A stretch of DNA of 64,000 bases from Octopus sinensis (Eukaryota), in NCBI RefSeq assembly GCF_006345805.1, contig NC_043007.1, forward strand, positions 36,146,001-36,210,000, in the 5' to 3' direction. The stretch's first letter is position 1. The number at the start of each line of letters is the position of its first letter. Under the pieces are notes generated by a model. The model ran no database searches and had not been told where the DNA came from. It saw nothing but the letters and a program-made list of their open reading frames with translations. This document shows positions 25,310-39,446 of the stretch, one piece after another. The position numbers were made by a program, and so were the translations under genes.

Positions 25310-27230
25310 GCTTCATGTCTTAAATTTCTTGTCTAAACCCTCTGCAGATTTAGCTAGAAGATCTTTGTCCTCAACATACTGGAACTTCCACAGATAGACA
25401 GACCTCCTCTGTTTTGACCTGGAAAACTACAGCAAATAAGCCTTGACTGAGAACTGAGCCTTGATAAACACTTCTACCTACATGTTAAATTTGTTGTTAA
25501 ACTCATCACTGGCTCTCACTTTGTTGACTCTGCATCAATGTGGCTTGTACATCTCTTACAAACCATTCAGCTACCCATAATTTCCTTAGTGATTACCAAG
25601 CTGTAGAGTGTGGAACTCTGTTAACCCTTTTGTTACCATATTCCTTTTGAAATGTATTGCCTTTGTTTCATTTAATGTTGAAAATGTCAAAGAATTTAGT
25701 AAAACAATTTTGTCATTATGAAGCTGGTATTTAAAACATAAATTATCATGGAATTTTAATGGAAAGTTTTTACTGGGATCAGTTAAGTATGAAGTTTATG
25801 TTATAAAACCAGGGACAGTCTAAGTGGGTTGGTATCAAAAGGGTTAAAGGCTTTCTCTAAGCTGACAGATGCTAGGTACAGGGACTTACTCCTAGTTAAA
25901 TATTTTTGCATTTGTCTCAATAGAAAGATAATATTGGTTGTGCTTTACTGGAACAAAATCAAATTATATCTCATTTGAGTTAAATTATTTCTGTTCAATT
26001 ATGCTATGATTCTTTCTGTAGCTTCATAACCTGGGCTGTCTTTCTGTTTCAACTGTAGTTGGTCCTCCATAAAATATTTCTGTTGCCTTTGTAGCGGCTG
26101 ACATTGATGTTGCTTTATCAGTCATTGGGAATGGCATCTTCCTGTGTTATCTGATTGATTATGTGAGTGATTATCATGCGACTGGCTTCACCAGATATTT
26201 TAAGTGTCTCTTTGAGAATAATTTTGTTGGTCCAGTTGTCTTCTCTGCTATCAATTTATATAGTTGGTCCCACTGTTGGGTCTACTGTAAGTAGACCCTC
26301 TCTCTTCCATTTGTTGGCCTTATTCAACATTCTCTTGTAATAATGCTTCCATGCCTCTTCCTTTTTGGCATCAGTAAGGAAATGTGGCCTTTATCATTCC
26401 ATACATACTTTTCACTAATTATATCTTGATAATCTTTGGTACACCACCTTGCATTCCAGAATATCTCATGCTTCTGGTCCTTACACTGCATAAAATGTGC
26501 AGACCACTTTATTTTCTGCTTCCTGCTCTTGCTAAATATAAACATTTCTCTTAGTTGTACTCTACTACAATGTGAACTCACCACTTCTACCCATGTTTTC
26601 TTTAGCCTTCCTCTTCCACCATATCTTGCATCATTCGTCATGTGAGTCACATGTATACTATCACAGTTTCACTCTTGTGCAACCTATTAGTCTATCTACC
26701 TACCTATTTATCTGTCTCTTACTCTCTCTCTATCTCTCTCTATGTGTGTGTATATATATTTAACTCTTATTTATTTTTTATTTTCATCTGGTTAGGGACC
26801 TTACTCCTTTGTTTGGGAGGGGTGTCAGAGGCAGGTAAGACAGTGTTACAACCATTATCAACATAGCAATAGCAATCCTTTCCATGCTGCCTTCGTTGTT
26901 GTGACTGCTTTAATTGTTAGTACTTCAGTTGTCCTCTAGATCTTAGTCAATAGTGTCTAGTAATCAACATAATTGCAGAGTATTACTTCTCTGCTTAGGA
27001 AGAAAGGCAGCTGATTTCAGTATAAGTTAAGAGCACTCATTAGACCCTTCACATTAATCATCCACGTTGCTTCATCCCTTACAGTAACCACAGTAACCAC
27101 ACTTCACCCTTTATTTTCCAATCAACTCTGTTGATTAGTCATCATTGTTCATAGACTGTTTCCTTTAGCTGAAGGCAGCACACTTTAAATGTAGGCACTG
27201 GAGACATATCCTCTAGTTTGTAATTTATAA
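25310..27230 (-). mobile_element. Degenerate RTE-like LINE (reverse transcriptase region)
   Basis: Minus strand at 25340-25480 reads VYQGSVLSQGLFAVVF..WKFQYVEDKDLLA (GVHQGSVLSP and YADD motifs); GRGRLKKTWVEVV near 26580-26620; boundaries approximate. Confidence 0.65.
25625..25843. mobile_element. piggyBac-like MITE (TTAA TSD)
   Basis: ttaa|cccttttgttacc ... ggtatcaaaaggg|ttaa; same family as 19525 and 39194. Confidence 0.85.
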
Positions 27231-28777
27231 ACGTCCAATTGGTCAGAGTTGGAAGCAGTTCAACTCCTGTTTTTGTTGTCTGTGTATAACTCTGGTCTGC
27301 CCTGTCCAAGCATATCTGTGATATGTACTAGATGCGGTCACCCTATCCAATGCTTCATACATACCCTGACTTAGTCTTTTGGAGACCATACTGTGCAATC
27401 CCAGCATGCACAGTGGCAGTCTCAACATCTTTAATTTGCTTACTGTTTGTTCTTGTATGATCATTAGTTTCAGTGGTGCTTGCAGCATAGATTTTTTTCT
27501 TATTTTATTTTTTCTCTTAGTTGAAAGTGAAGGCAGAACCACTGACTCTGTATAGGGCTCCCCATTACTGGTAGGAGAGATAGAGGGAGAAAGAAAATTA
27601 GCCTCAAACTGGAAACTTGGCCTGAATTCTTGCAATGGAATGCAGTACATTCAAGGAACCCAAAGTACCAGGTGATAGTGTTAAGTTGGGTAACAGATTA
27701 AGTTTACCACCCGAGTAGATCATAATGGGATTTGAACTCCAAAAGCAAAGAACCAGAACAAACACCACAAGACATTCAACCTAATTTCTTACAGTTCCAC
27801 CAGTTCATCTCCCTAGATTGTTACTTTTTTTATTAACCCTGAATAGATTGAAAGGCAAAGTTGATCTTGTTGGGTTTTGAACTCAGAGTGAATAAGATAA
27901 ACCCCATGGTTAGAATGTGATGATTTTTTTTTTATTCTTTTGCTTTTATCTCTGCAAGTCAACATTCTGACACACTGCTGTTCAAATAAATTTTGCCAAT
28001 CCCACTTGAGCAATTCTGTTGCAAAAATTTAACCCAATCCACTCATGTGACAATGTATGACCAACCGTTATACTCCCCTGTAAGACTCATACTTGCATAG
28101 AAATATAAGTACATAACTTTTATTGCCCGTAATTACTTTCTGTTTAGTCCCTGTGCTGATTGAAATATGAGCGTGTCCACTACTATCCCTCATTACACAA
28201 CTGGCATGGTATAGTGAATGAAAGAGAGGATGAGTGTCAAAGAGATGAGCAGGTCAGACAGGATAGATCTATTGCCATCCTTATTTTCACTGGTAGCATA
28301 ATACTATGAATGGAAGAGCAGATGAGTGATGGTGAGAGGTTATCAAAGAGGTATAGTATATTAGCACTATGACCCGGCAACACCGGGTCATAGTGCTTAG
28401 TGCATGCATATACAGCTGCGTGTGTGCGCACATACATGCGAGTACTGTCCAAATCTTCGACCAATCACATACAGCTAGCTGGCATTCAATTGGCGTATCA
28501 AGTTTCGGGCATTTTGATTGGGTTTTGGATAGAAAATTCACAAATAAATCACTTCTATTGATTTTTTAATGGCTTTGCGGGGTGACTGGGGAAATGTAAA
28601 GATGTGTACGACCACCCTTGGACGGTTTTGAATGACTATAGAAAGTGTGAGCCCTCTAATTGAAAAATTGTGAATTTGTATAAAGGACACACACACACAC
28701 ACAGACATTTTGCCGTTTATATATAGAGAGATGTAGAGTTAGATATTTATCATTGTGTTTCTCAGACTCTATTGTTA

Positions 28778-30960
28778 TCACCACATTTTATGTTTTTTGT
28801 GCCATGCTTGCATGGTTGGATGTCTTTCTTCCAGTCCTGTGTGTTGCCAAACCTCACAGTCCTTTGAAATCTCCTTCGTGAGAGGCAACACCTTGAGATT
28901 AGCCTTTACCTCTCCAACTCTTTCACAGGTATCATTCACTCCGAGTGCATGGCACTTTTGTACACGGCTGTCATCCTCTATATACATCACATATCCAAAC
29001 CAGCTCAGTCTTCTCTCATGCACCCTATATCTGATTCTTTGATACCCAGTTTTTCTATTTGCTCACTTGTGCTCTGTTGTACATGTGCCCTAACATTACA
29101 CATTCAGCAGAGCCTGCTTTTTTTTAATTACTTTCTAGTCCTCGCAAAGCTTGGCTCACGTTATGCATTGTACACAAGCATCATACAATCTACTCTTCAC
29201 TCTGAAGAAAAAGCTCTTTGTTGCCAGGAGAGGTGATAGCTCCCTGAACTTGCCCAACTTGTTCTCATACTGACTATTATACTTTCAGAACAGCCATCCA
29301 ACAGCTAATTAGGTCAGCTCGCATTTGTGTGAGTCTCTTTTTTCTAAGCTCTTGATACTTATTGTCCTTGTACACTTTCTACAAATGAACCCTGTCTTCT
29401 CTGTTAACTTGGCCATGATCTCATTTTATCTCTTGTTCATCCAGTTTTCAATAGGGACACCTTATAGAATTTCTATTGACTCATTTTCTGCATATCAAGC
29501 ATGACCATTTTTTTTTATGGTGTTCAGCTTCTATATCTTGAGTTTCTTCTCTAAATCATCATCGTTTAACGTCTGCTTTCCATGCTAGCATGGGTTGGAC
29601 GATTTTGACTGAGGGCTGGCGAACCAGATGGCTGCACCAGGCTCCAATCTTGATCTGGCAGAGTTTCTACAGCTGGATGCCCTTCCTAATGTCAATCACT
29701 CCAAGAATGTAGTGAGTGCTTTTTACGTACAACTGGCACGGGGGTGGGGGGACAGTCAGGCGGTACTGGCAATGACCTCACTTGAACAGATTCAGCTATA
29801 ATGACTAACTTGTTAATATATACAAGTTCCCATGGATAGCCATTCCTAAACTCCACTGTTACAACTTGGAGGAGTAAAATGAAAGTGGATTCAGTGCTAT
29901 TCCTGATGGACACTTACCTGACCACTATATTTGTCACCAAACCCTTTACTGACTCTCTCATTACCGATCCCACTATTGTACCTGGTTTGTACAGCTCCTT
30001 CAAGCTATTTGTCTGCATTCAGCTTCCTCAGTGTCCATCAGATCACAAAGCATAGAACCCTGTCAAAAGCCTTCTTTAAGTCAGCAAATTGCCTGGTATT
30101 CTTGGCTAACTGCTTTTGGGTTTCAGTAATACTTCTTCCTAACACTAAGCTGAACTGCATCTCATCGAGGTTAATGCTCTTCTTAACTAAGTGTACTTAT
30201 AACTCTTTCTGTAACTTTCATTATCTGGTCTAGCAGTTTGAAACCTCTATAGTTTCCTCTCTCCAATGCCTCTTCTTTCTCTTGTAATAGTTGGCATTGA
30301 TGCTGCTACCCCAGTCCTTGGCTATGACACCTTTCTGAAATTACCCGATTCATTACATCAGTACCCAACCTACCCTCTACCGTGCCAATAAGCTTCAGAC
30401 ATCTCAGTAGTAATTCCTGATGTACATGCTGCCTTCTCTTCTTTCATATCCTTAACCCTTTAGCATTCAAATTTCTTTGTCAAATCTACATCTTATTTAT
30501 TCACATTGTTTTGAATTAATCATGCATCATCTTATAGCTTTGAGATTTCAATGATGTGATTGTATTTTTTGTAGAATGACCTTGTAGGTTAGGTGTGAAG
30601 GGCCAGATTTGACCAGTTTCAACATAAAGCAGGTAGAATACTTGGGCTGGATATGGTCAGATTAAATGCTAAAGGATTAGCCACTCCATCTACCATACTG
30701 CTGTCAACTTGAATGACTGGTTCTTCTGTTGGGTTCACCTAGAGGAGATCCTCTTTCTCTTACACATATTCCTCATTCTCACGATAGCACTTCTATGCCT
30801 CTTTCTTTTCAGAGTCAGTAAGGGTAAGTGTGCCATTAATATTCCGTACACACTTCTCAACAATATATTGATGCTCTTTCACTCACTCCCACACAATATG
30901 GAATACCTCACACCTCTGATCTTCTTATCATAGAACAATAGCAAACTTCTTACTTTTAGC
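28778..30960 (-). mobile_element. Degenerate RTE-like LINE with nested insertions
   Basis: Minus-strand ERRLSWFGYVMYIEDDSRVQKC (RTE C-terminus) and EFRNGYPWELVYINKLVIIAES (RT domain); boundaries approximate. Confidence 0.75.
30456..30676. mobile_element. Second TTAA-type MITE family
   Basis: ttaa|ccctttagcatt ... aatgctaaagga|ttag (degenerate right end). Confidence 0.65.
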
Positions 30961-31152
30961 TCCTTCCCATTACCTGACATCTAGCTTCTTGCTGTTATTT
31001 TTGCATATGTTGTGTGTGTGTGTGGTGTGTGTGTGTGTCTATATGTTTGTATGTATTTATGTAAATGTGTGTGTTGTGTATATATGTGTGTCTATATGTT
31101 TGTGTTTATGTAAATGTGTTTGTTGATATGTTTGTATGTGTGTATGTATGTG

Positions 31153-31189
<37 letters not shown>

Positions 31190-31299
31190 ATAAAATATTT
31201 GGCATCTAGTTTCTTGTTATTTGTTATCAATTCTTGCTGCCCATTTTCTTCCTTTCCTTCCAAATTTCTTCCTTAGCTTTTATGACTCTATGAACAACG

Positions 31300-33390
31300 C
31301 TATACCATCATCAATAGCACTCTGTTATTTTGCTGGGACTTTGCACCAGCCATAGATCTGGTGTGTTACTCTGAATGAGTTGTCCTATAAGAACTCCCAG
31401 CTGTTCTCTGTGTTACTATTTTCTTTCTCCTCCTCTGTTGTTCACTATCAGTTAGTCCATTGCTAAACCTGTTGCTGGTTGATAGCTATATCAGCTCCTA
31501 TGTCCACCGTCTCCAGAATGGCTTTCACCTTTGAGTAATAATGTCCATTTACCGGGCCTGCAAAATCGATATGCAATTGGGACCGTGGTATTTTCCCTTC
31601 TGGCCAAGGTTCACATTTTGTAGAAGGTAGTTTTGCTGCCAGCGCACATCCTCTGGAGCCTTTTCCCAAGTTTTCAACTTCCTTGTCCATACTTGGCCAG
31701 TATACGAAACTTCACATCAGCGCTTTCATTCTAGAGATGCCTGAGTGTCCTACATGGAACCCTTTTAACATTCTCTTCTGTAATGTCTGTGGTATGATCA
31801 CCGTCTGAATGTACATTAGTACACCATCACATATAGAGTACATGTTCACACCTTGGCAGTTCTTTGACCAGACCTTTCTTTATTTCCTTTTATCAACCCC
31901 GGTTTTCTTTTTGTCTCATTAATAAATTTGTCATTTCTCACATTTCTTTTTATTTCTACCAAAGTTACTAGTAGTTCACACACGATGTTTCACATCACTT
32001 CTTCGGTTTCTGCTTTCGCTCTTGGCGCTGCTATTATGGTGTCCTCCAGTGGTTCTTTATTTCTTGGAATTAGCCTAGGCAGACTATCAGCATGCCCCAA
32101 CTTTTTTGAAGGCATATATTCCATTCTATAATTGTAGTTTAATAGAATGATGCTCCACCGCTGCAGTCTGTTTGCCGTGTGTCAGGATACCTTTCTTGGA
32201 TCCGTGTATCATTATTAGAGGTCTATGGTATGTTTGCAACCCAAAACATCTGCCTTGAATGAACCTGTGAAATTTTTTCACACCAAATATAATAGCCAAC
32301 ATCTTTTTTAATCTGGCTATAGCCATTTTCCGCCGGCAATAATGTCCTTGATGTGTGAGCTATGGCCTTTCTTCTGCCACTGTTATCTTTGTGTAGGAGC
32401 ATGGCTCCTATCCCATACTCACTAGCATCTGTAGCTAGTATTATCTCTAACTTTAGGTTGAAATACGTAAGATACAAGTCTGAAGTTAACACATCTTTTA
32501 AATTGTTAAATGCGTCCTGGCATCTCTCTGTCCAAACCCATTTGGCATTTTGTTTTAATAATTCACTAAGTGGTGCCCTTACCTTATGTATATTTGGTAT
32601 ATATACTTAGTAATAATTTACGAAGCCTAGGAATGCTCATAGCATTGTCATGTTCGTCAGGGGTAGCATATTTCATATTGCCATCGCCCCTGATGGGTCT
32701 GGTCTTCATCCACTTTCGGTGATTACTTGACTTAGGTATTTAATTTTCTTCATAAAAAATTTGCATTTTCCTTCTGCCTGTGTAAGTATTGAAGTCTTCA
32801 TCTTCTCTATGTTTAAACATTTCCATCTAGTATTAAACAGTGAGCTCTTTTCACTAAACATTTTGCACAAAATGTCAACCATGTCGGTGAAATTTATGTC
32901 GGATGCTTTTTTGGTAATATGAAGTTACTGTACTTCTTATGCTCTACTGTCACTAGTTTTCTTAAAACTAGATGCGTTTTCATTTTGTCTGTTCAATCCT
33001 GATATTCTTTTCCAAAAATTTGTTCAAATCTTCAAAAGTAAGCCTCAAAGGTTACTTCTTCTTGAGAGTCATATTTGAATTCACTTATGGAATTTGCTAC
33101 ATGGTCAGGTGAATATGTATTCTCCAGATTGGTTATCAACTTCATTAAGTGTAACATTTGCTGCTGCAATCCTTGTTGTTGTTCCTTCAGTTGTTGTTGT
33201 AGCTGTTTTTGTAACTCAACTATCCCAGCTAACAAGTTTTCCATATTTTACAATTTTCATAAGTTTACACAAGAGTTTTGTTTCTTTTTTGTCAAGGTAT
33301 TTAATTTTCCATGTGAATTAGTTTAAACTCTCCAAGTGAATGTTTTGTTTTTTTTCACTCTGTAAACTTATTTTTCCTCATCACCACTGC
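31300..33390 (-). mobile_element. Degenerate Ty3/Gypsy LTR retrotransposon (gag, RT, RNase H, integrase remnants)
   Basis: Minus-strand LATDASEYGIGAMLLH..AHTSRTL (RNase H), AIIFGVKKFHRFIQGR, LHIDFAGPVNG (integrase), gag-like ISEFKYDSQEEVTFEAYF; PBS-like tggtgatgagg at about 33376-33386. Confidence 0.88.
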
Positions 33391-35689
33391 TATAAAGCAA
33401 GTCTTTTGATGACAGTTGACACTCCAAAGTAATAGAATGTTTCTGTCTGGCACTGTACGACCCCTAGTCATACAGTGTTATTATCCCCAAAAGGCTGGAT
33501 CGTTATAATGTCCACTCAGTGTCACCATATAATTACTATATCAGCACAGACACAAATTATCAACTCAGTCTGCACTTACTCTTGACCTTCTGACCTTCTC
33601 GCTGTCCACCAGCTACTGGTCTTTTTATAATGGTTGGCTACAACCACTTTTTACTGGGAGGGGTGTACACTTTCACTATACAACAGTGTGTGTATATATT
33701 TGTGTGTAAGTATCCATCTCTATATATGCATGCTTATATGTGTATATGTATGTATGTGTGGAGAATTCATATGGGTTCAATAGTCTATAATAGTGTCAAT
33801 AGACAACCATGTTTTCAGCAGTAGTGTGTCTTGAAAAAACACTACTAAATTACTAGTGAATGATGTTTTTATGAGTTGTATTCAACTGCTTTAACCTCCG
33901 TTTTATAAAAAAAAAATACATTTTACATACACCCACCTTTCTTATGAAATGTTCTGATGTGTCTTAATTGATTGGTTTAACATCCAATACTTTACTAAAG
34001 TTGCTAAACCTGCTTAATATAAATTGATCACAAATGGGAAAGCATAAAGAAGTTAGGAGCCTCTCATTTGTGTGCCTTTTATGTTAGTGCATTCTTTTTG
34101 TTTAAACAACAATAAACATGTATTTTCCATTTAATTCTCGGTCAACAATCAATGCGGTTAATTCATATTATCCCTTTTGATCCAAACCTGTTTTAGACCA
34201 ATCTGGGTCTATGTTATAGACTTCCTGTTTTAAAATGATCTCAATTAAAATCTTCCATTAAAATTTCATGTTAGCTTTGTGTGTCAAACACCAGATTAAT
34301 AATGGCAGTTATTTTACTTAATTACTAAATTATTCATTTTCAAAATTGATTGAAACAAAGGGTGCAGGAGTGGCTGTGGGGTAAGTAGCTTGCTTACCAA
34401 CCACATGGTTCCAGGTTCAGTCCCACTGCGTGGTACCTTGGACAAGTGTCTTCTAGTATAGCCTCAGGCTGACCAAAGCCTTGTGAGTGGATTTGGTAGA
34501 CGGAAACTGAAAGAAGCCCGTCATATATATATACATATATATATATATGTATGTGTGTATATATGTTTGTGTGTCTCTACTTGTCCTCCCCCCCCAAAAA
34601 AAAAACTTCTTGAGAAACCAAATAGTCTTTCCTTCCTTCATGCCAAGTTTGAAGAAAATATCTCTTTTGTATCTTACTATTTTTGGTCTCTTAAATATAC
34701 TGCATTTTGTGGTATTATTTCAAGCCAGCCGGCTTTTTTTTACACAAACTGCACGTGCATTTTTCTCGCATATGCGTAGTATCGATCGCAACAGCTGATG
34801 TACTTACGCGTACAAATGCACATTCCCACAGCTTTATCAATCGTATTCTCACCTGGAATCGATTTTTGTAATTTTTTCAAGACTTATACATGCCCTGATA
34901 TCATCGGTATCTACATATCAAATTTGAGTGCAATCGGATGGAGGATGCCCCAGATCCTAGAAGACACACACACAGACAGACAGAACAGATTTTATATAAG
35001 AGATATTCAATGCTGTGGCAACAGTATTTGTTTTTTTATGTTAAACTTTACTGTCGAGTATATCCATAGATTTAAACCACCATTGCATTTATGAATTAAA
35101 TGAATTTATTGGATACATTAAGCAATTGTGAATGTCTGTCATACAATCTTACTGTACACAGTTTCTAATGTTATTATGTTCTCAGCAATCATTTATCCTT
35201 TTCTTTACTGACCAGTACAGTATGAAATTGTATTATAAAGCCACTGTTATTAGGCATGTGGAGGCGCAATGGCCCAGTGGTTAGGGCAGTGGACTCGCGG
35301 TCGGAGGATTGCGGTTTCGATTCCCAGACTGGGTGTTGTGTGCGTTTATTGAGCGAAAACACCCAAAAGCTCCACGAGGCTCCAGCAGGGGGTGGTGGTG
35401 AGCCCCTGGTGTATCCTTTCGCCGCAACTTTCTCTCGCTCTCTCTTCCAGTTTCTTGAGTTATGCTGCGATGGACTGGCATCCCGTCCAGTTGTTGGGGA
35501 ACACATACACCACAGAAATCAGGAAACTGGGCCCAGGAGCCTGGCTAAGCTTGAAAAGGGAGACGTTTATCATTATTGTTATTAGGCATATAACTAAATC
35601 CATTATGCATATAAAAATGTGTGAGATTGTTTATAAGATAGTAAAACCAGCTTATTATACATTTCATTAATACAAGCTGAATATTAGTT

Positions 35690-36125
35690 ACATAAAGAAA
35701 ACCATCCGAACGTGGCCGTAGCCAGTACCGCATTGACTGGCCTCCGTGCTGTGGGCATGTAACAAACACCATCCGATCGTGGCCGTTTGCCAGCCTCATC
35801 TGGCACCTGTGTCGGTGGCACATAAAAACACCATCCGAGCGTGACCGTCTGCCAGCCTCGTCTGGCACCTGTGTTGGTGGCACATAAAAAACACCATCCA
35901 AGCGTGGCCGTTCGCCAGCCTCGTCTGGCACCTGTGTCGGTGGCACATAAAATCACCCACTACACTCTCAGAGTGGTTGGCGTTAGGAAGGGCATCCAGC
36001 TGTAGAAACACTGCCAGATCTGACTGGCCTGGTGCAGCCTTCGGGCTCCCCAGACCCCAGTTGAACCGTCCAACCCATGCTAGCATGGAAAGCGGACGTT
36101 AAATGATGATGATGATGATGATGAA
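35690..36125 (+). mobile_element. RTE 3'-UTR-derived repeat with tandem gtggc...gtgccacc subunits and (GAT)n tail
   Basis: Same family as 49614-50280; further copies at about 1955-2185 (+), 16623-16767 (+), 29555-29790 (-), 39580-39985 (-), 44710-44990 (+). Confidence 0.8.
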
Positions 36126-36328
36126 TGCAAATTGTATTATCAAGACTTATCAAATCAACAAGGATATGTAACTTTCTTTTATGTAACATTAGACTGAAAA
36201 GCTGTTGGATAGAATTCACTGTTTTAGCAACTGTCATTTATGATTTGTTTTTGATATATGTATACACACACACACACAACTTTGAAGCTAATGGTCTATT
36301 CTGTCATTACTCTAAGTTGTATGTATAT

Positions 36329-36385
<57 letters not shown>

Positions 36386-36691
36386 GGTGCGTTGCTTAGT
36401 GGTTAGGGCATTCGGTTCACGATCGTAAGGTCGTGACGCGTTGTGTCCTTGAGCAAGACACTTTATTTCACGTTGCTCCAGTCCACTCAGCTGGCAAAAA
36501 TGAGTTGTACCTGTATTTCAAAGGGCCAGCCTTGTCACCCTCTGAGTCATGCTGATTCTACCCGAGAACTACGTTAGGGGTACACGTGTCTGTGGATTGC
36601 TCAGTCACTTGCATGTTAATTTCACGAGCAGGGGCTGCTCTGTTGATCGTATCAGCTGGGACCCTTGTCGTCGTAACCGACAGAGTGCTCT

Positions 36692-36752
<61 letters not shown>

Positions 36753-36880
36753 TGGATGGCAGTTTTACTTTATTTTTTTCACAGAAAGCAAATTTGTATT
36801 TTGAGTAATTCTTGCAGTAGACATATATTGGGATGTTTTCCCCTTTTTCTTTTCTTTTCTTTTTTCTCTGACTCTTTTAG

Positions 36881-37002
36881 GATGACTGGTGTTGGCGGCC
36901 GACCTGAGGTTATCATTGAAGGAAGCAATGATATGAAAGCATGGAAAGAATACCATTTTCTTTACAAACCAGGAAATGTTTCTCGAAGTCCACCAGTTGT
37001 TT
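36881..37002 (+). CDS. LMF2: LMF2 coding exon ([40 protein letters not shown]), phase 2 to 1
   Basis: Long pyrimidine tract plus tag acceptor, T|gtaagt donor; hallmark LMF motif MTG.GGRPE..IEGS...W.EY.F.YKPG. Confidence 0.96.
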
Positions 37003-39193
37003 GTAAGTATTTTCTTGAATCCCAGTATTTCTTTCAACCTATCGTAGCCATAATTCTAACAAGAATTCACTCTAGATATTTCGATATATTTCCAAAGACC
37101 ATTTTGGTTGTATGATTAAGAAGTTTGCTTTGCAACTATATGGCTTCAAGTTCAATCTTCCTGTACCACACTTTCAGCTTGTGTTTTTCTACTGTTGCCC
37201 TGGGCTTGACCAATGCCTTGTGAGCAAATTTCTTAGATAGAAACTGTAGGAAGCCTATAGCATGTGTGTGTGTGTGGAGTTGGCGGAGGTGGAGAGTGTG
37301 TGAATATTGACACCCCACAGAGTCACTTATCACTGCTTGTGATATGATACTCTGTTACTTATTTCAGTCATTTGACTGTGGCCATGCTGGAGCACCGCCT
37401 TTAATATTCCTTGTTAATATTCCTTGTTTACACTAGGACCAGATGCTCTGCACTTTCTAAGAGCTATAGAAAACAAATCCCTCAGCTGAAAAACAGATTA
37501 AGAATTGGTGTTAAAGACAATATCTAGCTGTAAAGTCTTGGCTCAAATCAATCCCCTTCAAACCCATGGACAAACAGACATTATACAGATAAATGATGGA
37601 ATCTACAATCGGAAAAGTTGTAAATAACCTATGAGATTATGTTTTATATACTTTTTTAAAATATCCTGAAATTTAGAAGTGGGAGTCATTTGAGTAAATA
37701 CTTAGACTAGCTAGATGTTTTGAAATAATAAAATATTTTAAAATGAGTTTAGCCAAGTAATTAATTTGCCATAATTATTTTGAAAATTTAACAAACCATG
37801 AATAAAATAATCAAAGATGTTACAAAAATAATTTTTAATATTTATTGATAGATTTAAGCTTGTGTTTTAACTGAGGCTTAGGAAAATGTTTTGATATGAA
37901 ATTGTAATGGAATTTATATTTTCTGAAACCTTTGGTTTTAGTAAAGACATCAATTTAATCCTTTTACTGCAGAAAGTAGGTATATCCACTCAAAATTTCA
38001 TTACCCTTAACTGCAGAAAGCAGTTATATATACCAATCTATCTTTCTTATTTCTTTACTGCCCACAAAGGGCTACACAGAGAGGGGACAAACAAGGATAG
38101 ACAAACGGATTAAGTCGATTATATTGACCCCAGTGCGTAACTGGTACTTAATTCATTGACCCCTGAAAGGATGAAAGGCAAAGCCGACCTCGGCGGAATT
38201 TGAACTCGGAACGTAGCGGCAGATGAAATACCACTAAGCATTTCACCTGGCATGCTAACGTTTCTGCCAGCTCGCCACCTTAAACCAATCTATCTTTCGT
38301 TGATGAATGTCAATGTTTGAAATTATTTTTTGTTGAGATTTGTCGAGTTTATTGAGGCAATGTGGCTTGCAGAAAATACAAATTTGTAACAGGATGAGAG
38401 GTCCCCACACTGGATGGGTGCAGCTCACATCCTTTACATTAAATATTAATCGAAGGAAAGAGTCAAGACTTCCAATTAACTTCAATAGTATAAATATTTA
38501 TTTCTTGATTTGCAATATATACTTTTCTTCTTTCTGGGCTAATCGGCAGCCTAGGAGCTTGTCACAGTAGTCAAGTGGAGTGAGCCAAGTCCTGTCTGTT
38601 CAAGCATAGCGGAGATATGCCACGAGGTAGCTGCTTGAGAGAGCTGATAAAACACAACCATCTTGTTCAGTTGCCGACATTCAAGAGAATGATACGAGGG
38701 AATTTCGTTGCTGCTAGTTTTCTGAGCATGCGCATGAGGGAACTTCCGGCAGGCCTCCCAGAAGACTCCAACTCTGCGCATGCGTGCTGGAGATTTCCAA
38801 GATGGTGTCACTACAAATTCTATTTTTTTTATGGATCTTTAGCATTATTACTGGAATGATCAGGGAATTTAATTTCATTGTGAAAGTATTAAATATATAC
38901 ACTCAACCCTTTCTATTACCATGTTAAATCTCTTTAAAAGAGGAAGTTTGTATCAGAAAGAATGGGGAAAAGGGTACTTACTTTGGATGTTAATCAGGGG
39001 CTTGTATTTGTGGAGCCTCATATCAATCTGTGTGCTTGCTTTCTCAATATTTTGGGGATCTTTTCTTGCCAGTACTACTTTGTTCTGTATTGTTATTGCT
39101 ATTTATTGTTTACTCAGCTGGCAAAAATGAGTTGTACTTAATATTTTGAAGGGCAAGTCTTGTCACACTGAATCTCCCTGAGAACTATGTTAA

Positions 39194-39446
39194 CCCTTTT
39201 GTTACCATATCTATTTTGAGATGCTCTGCGTTTCTTTCAATTAATTTTAAATACGCTAAACGATGATGATGATGATGATGATGATAACAAAGAATTTAGT
39301 AAAATAACTTAGTTATCATTAAGCTGGTGTTTGGGTCATAAATTGTGACTAAGGTCTGGTAGAAGATTTTAATTCAAAACTTATGAAAATAAGACATTTG
39401 TACTACCGAACCAGAGGCAGTTTCAGCGGGGTTGGTATCAAAAGGG
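39194..39446. mobile_element. piggyBac-like MITE inserted in a SINE core
   Basis: TTAA at 39190-93 and 39447-50; the flanks rejoin to the SINE sequence gagaactaygttaa(g)ggtacaygtgtc. Confidence 0.88.

Noticed and set aside
5031-36880. Additional (fourth or later) copies of the 116-nt exon
   Set aside because: Manual scan for AG-GTN-CCN and ITS.YG-like sequence found only three. A highly diverged copy could be missed; tBLASTn or an HMM search would settle it.
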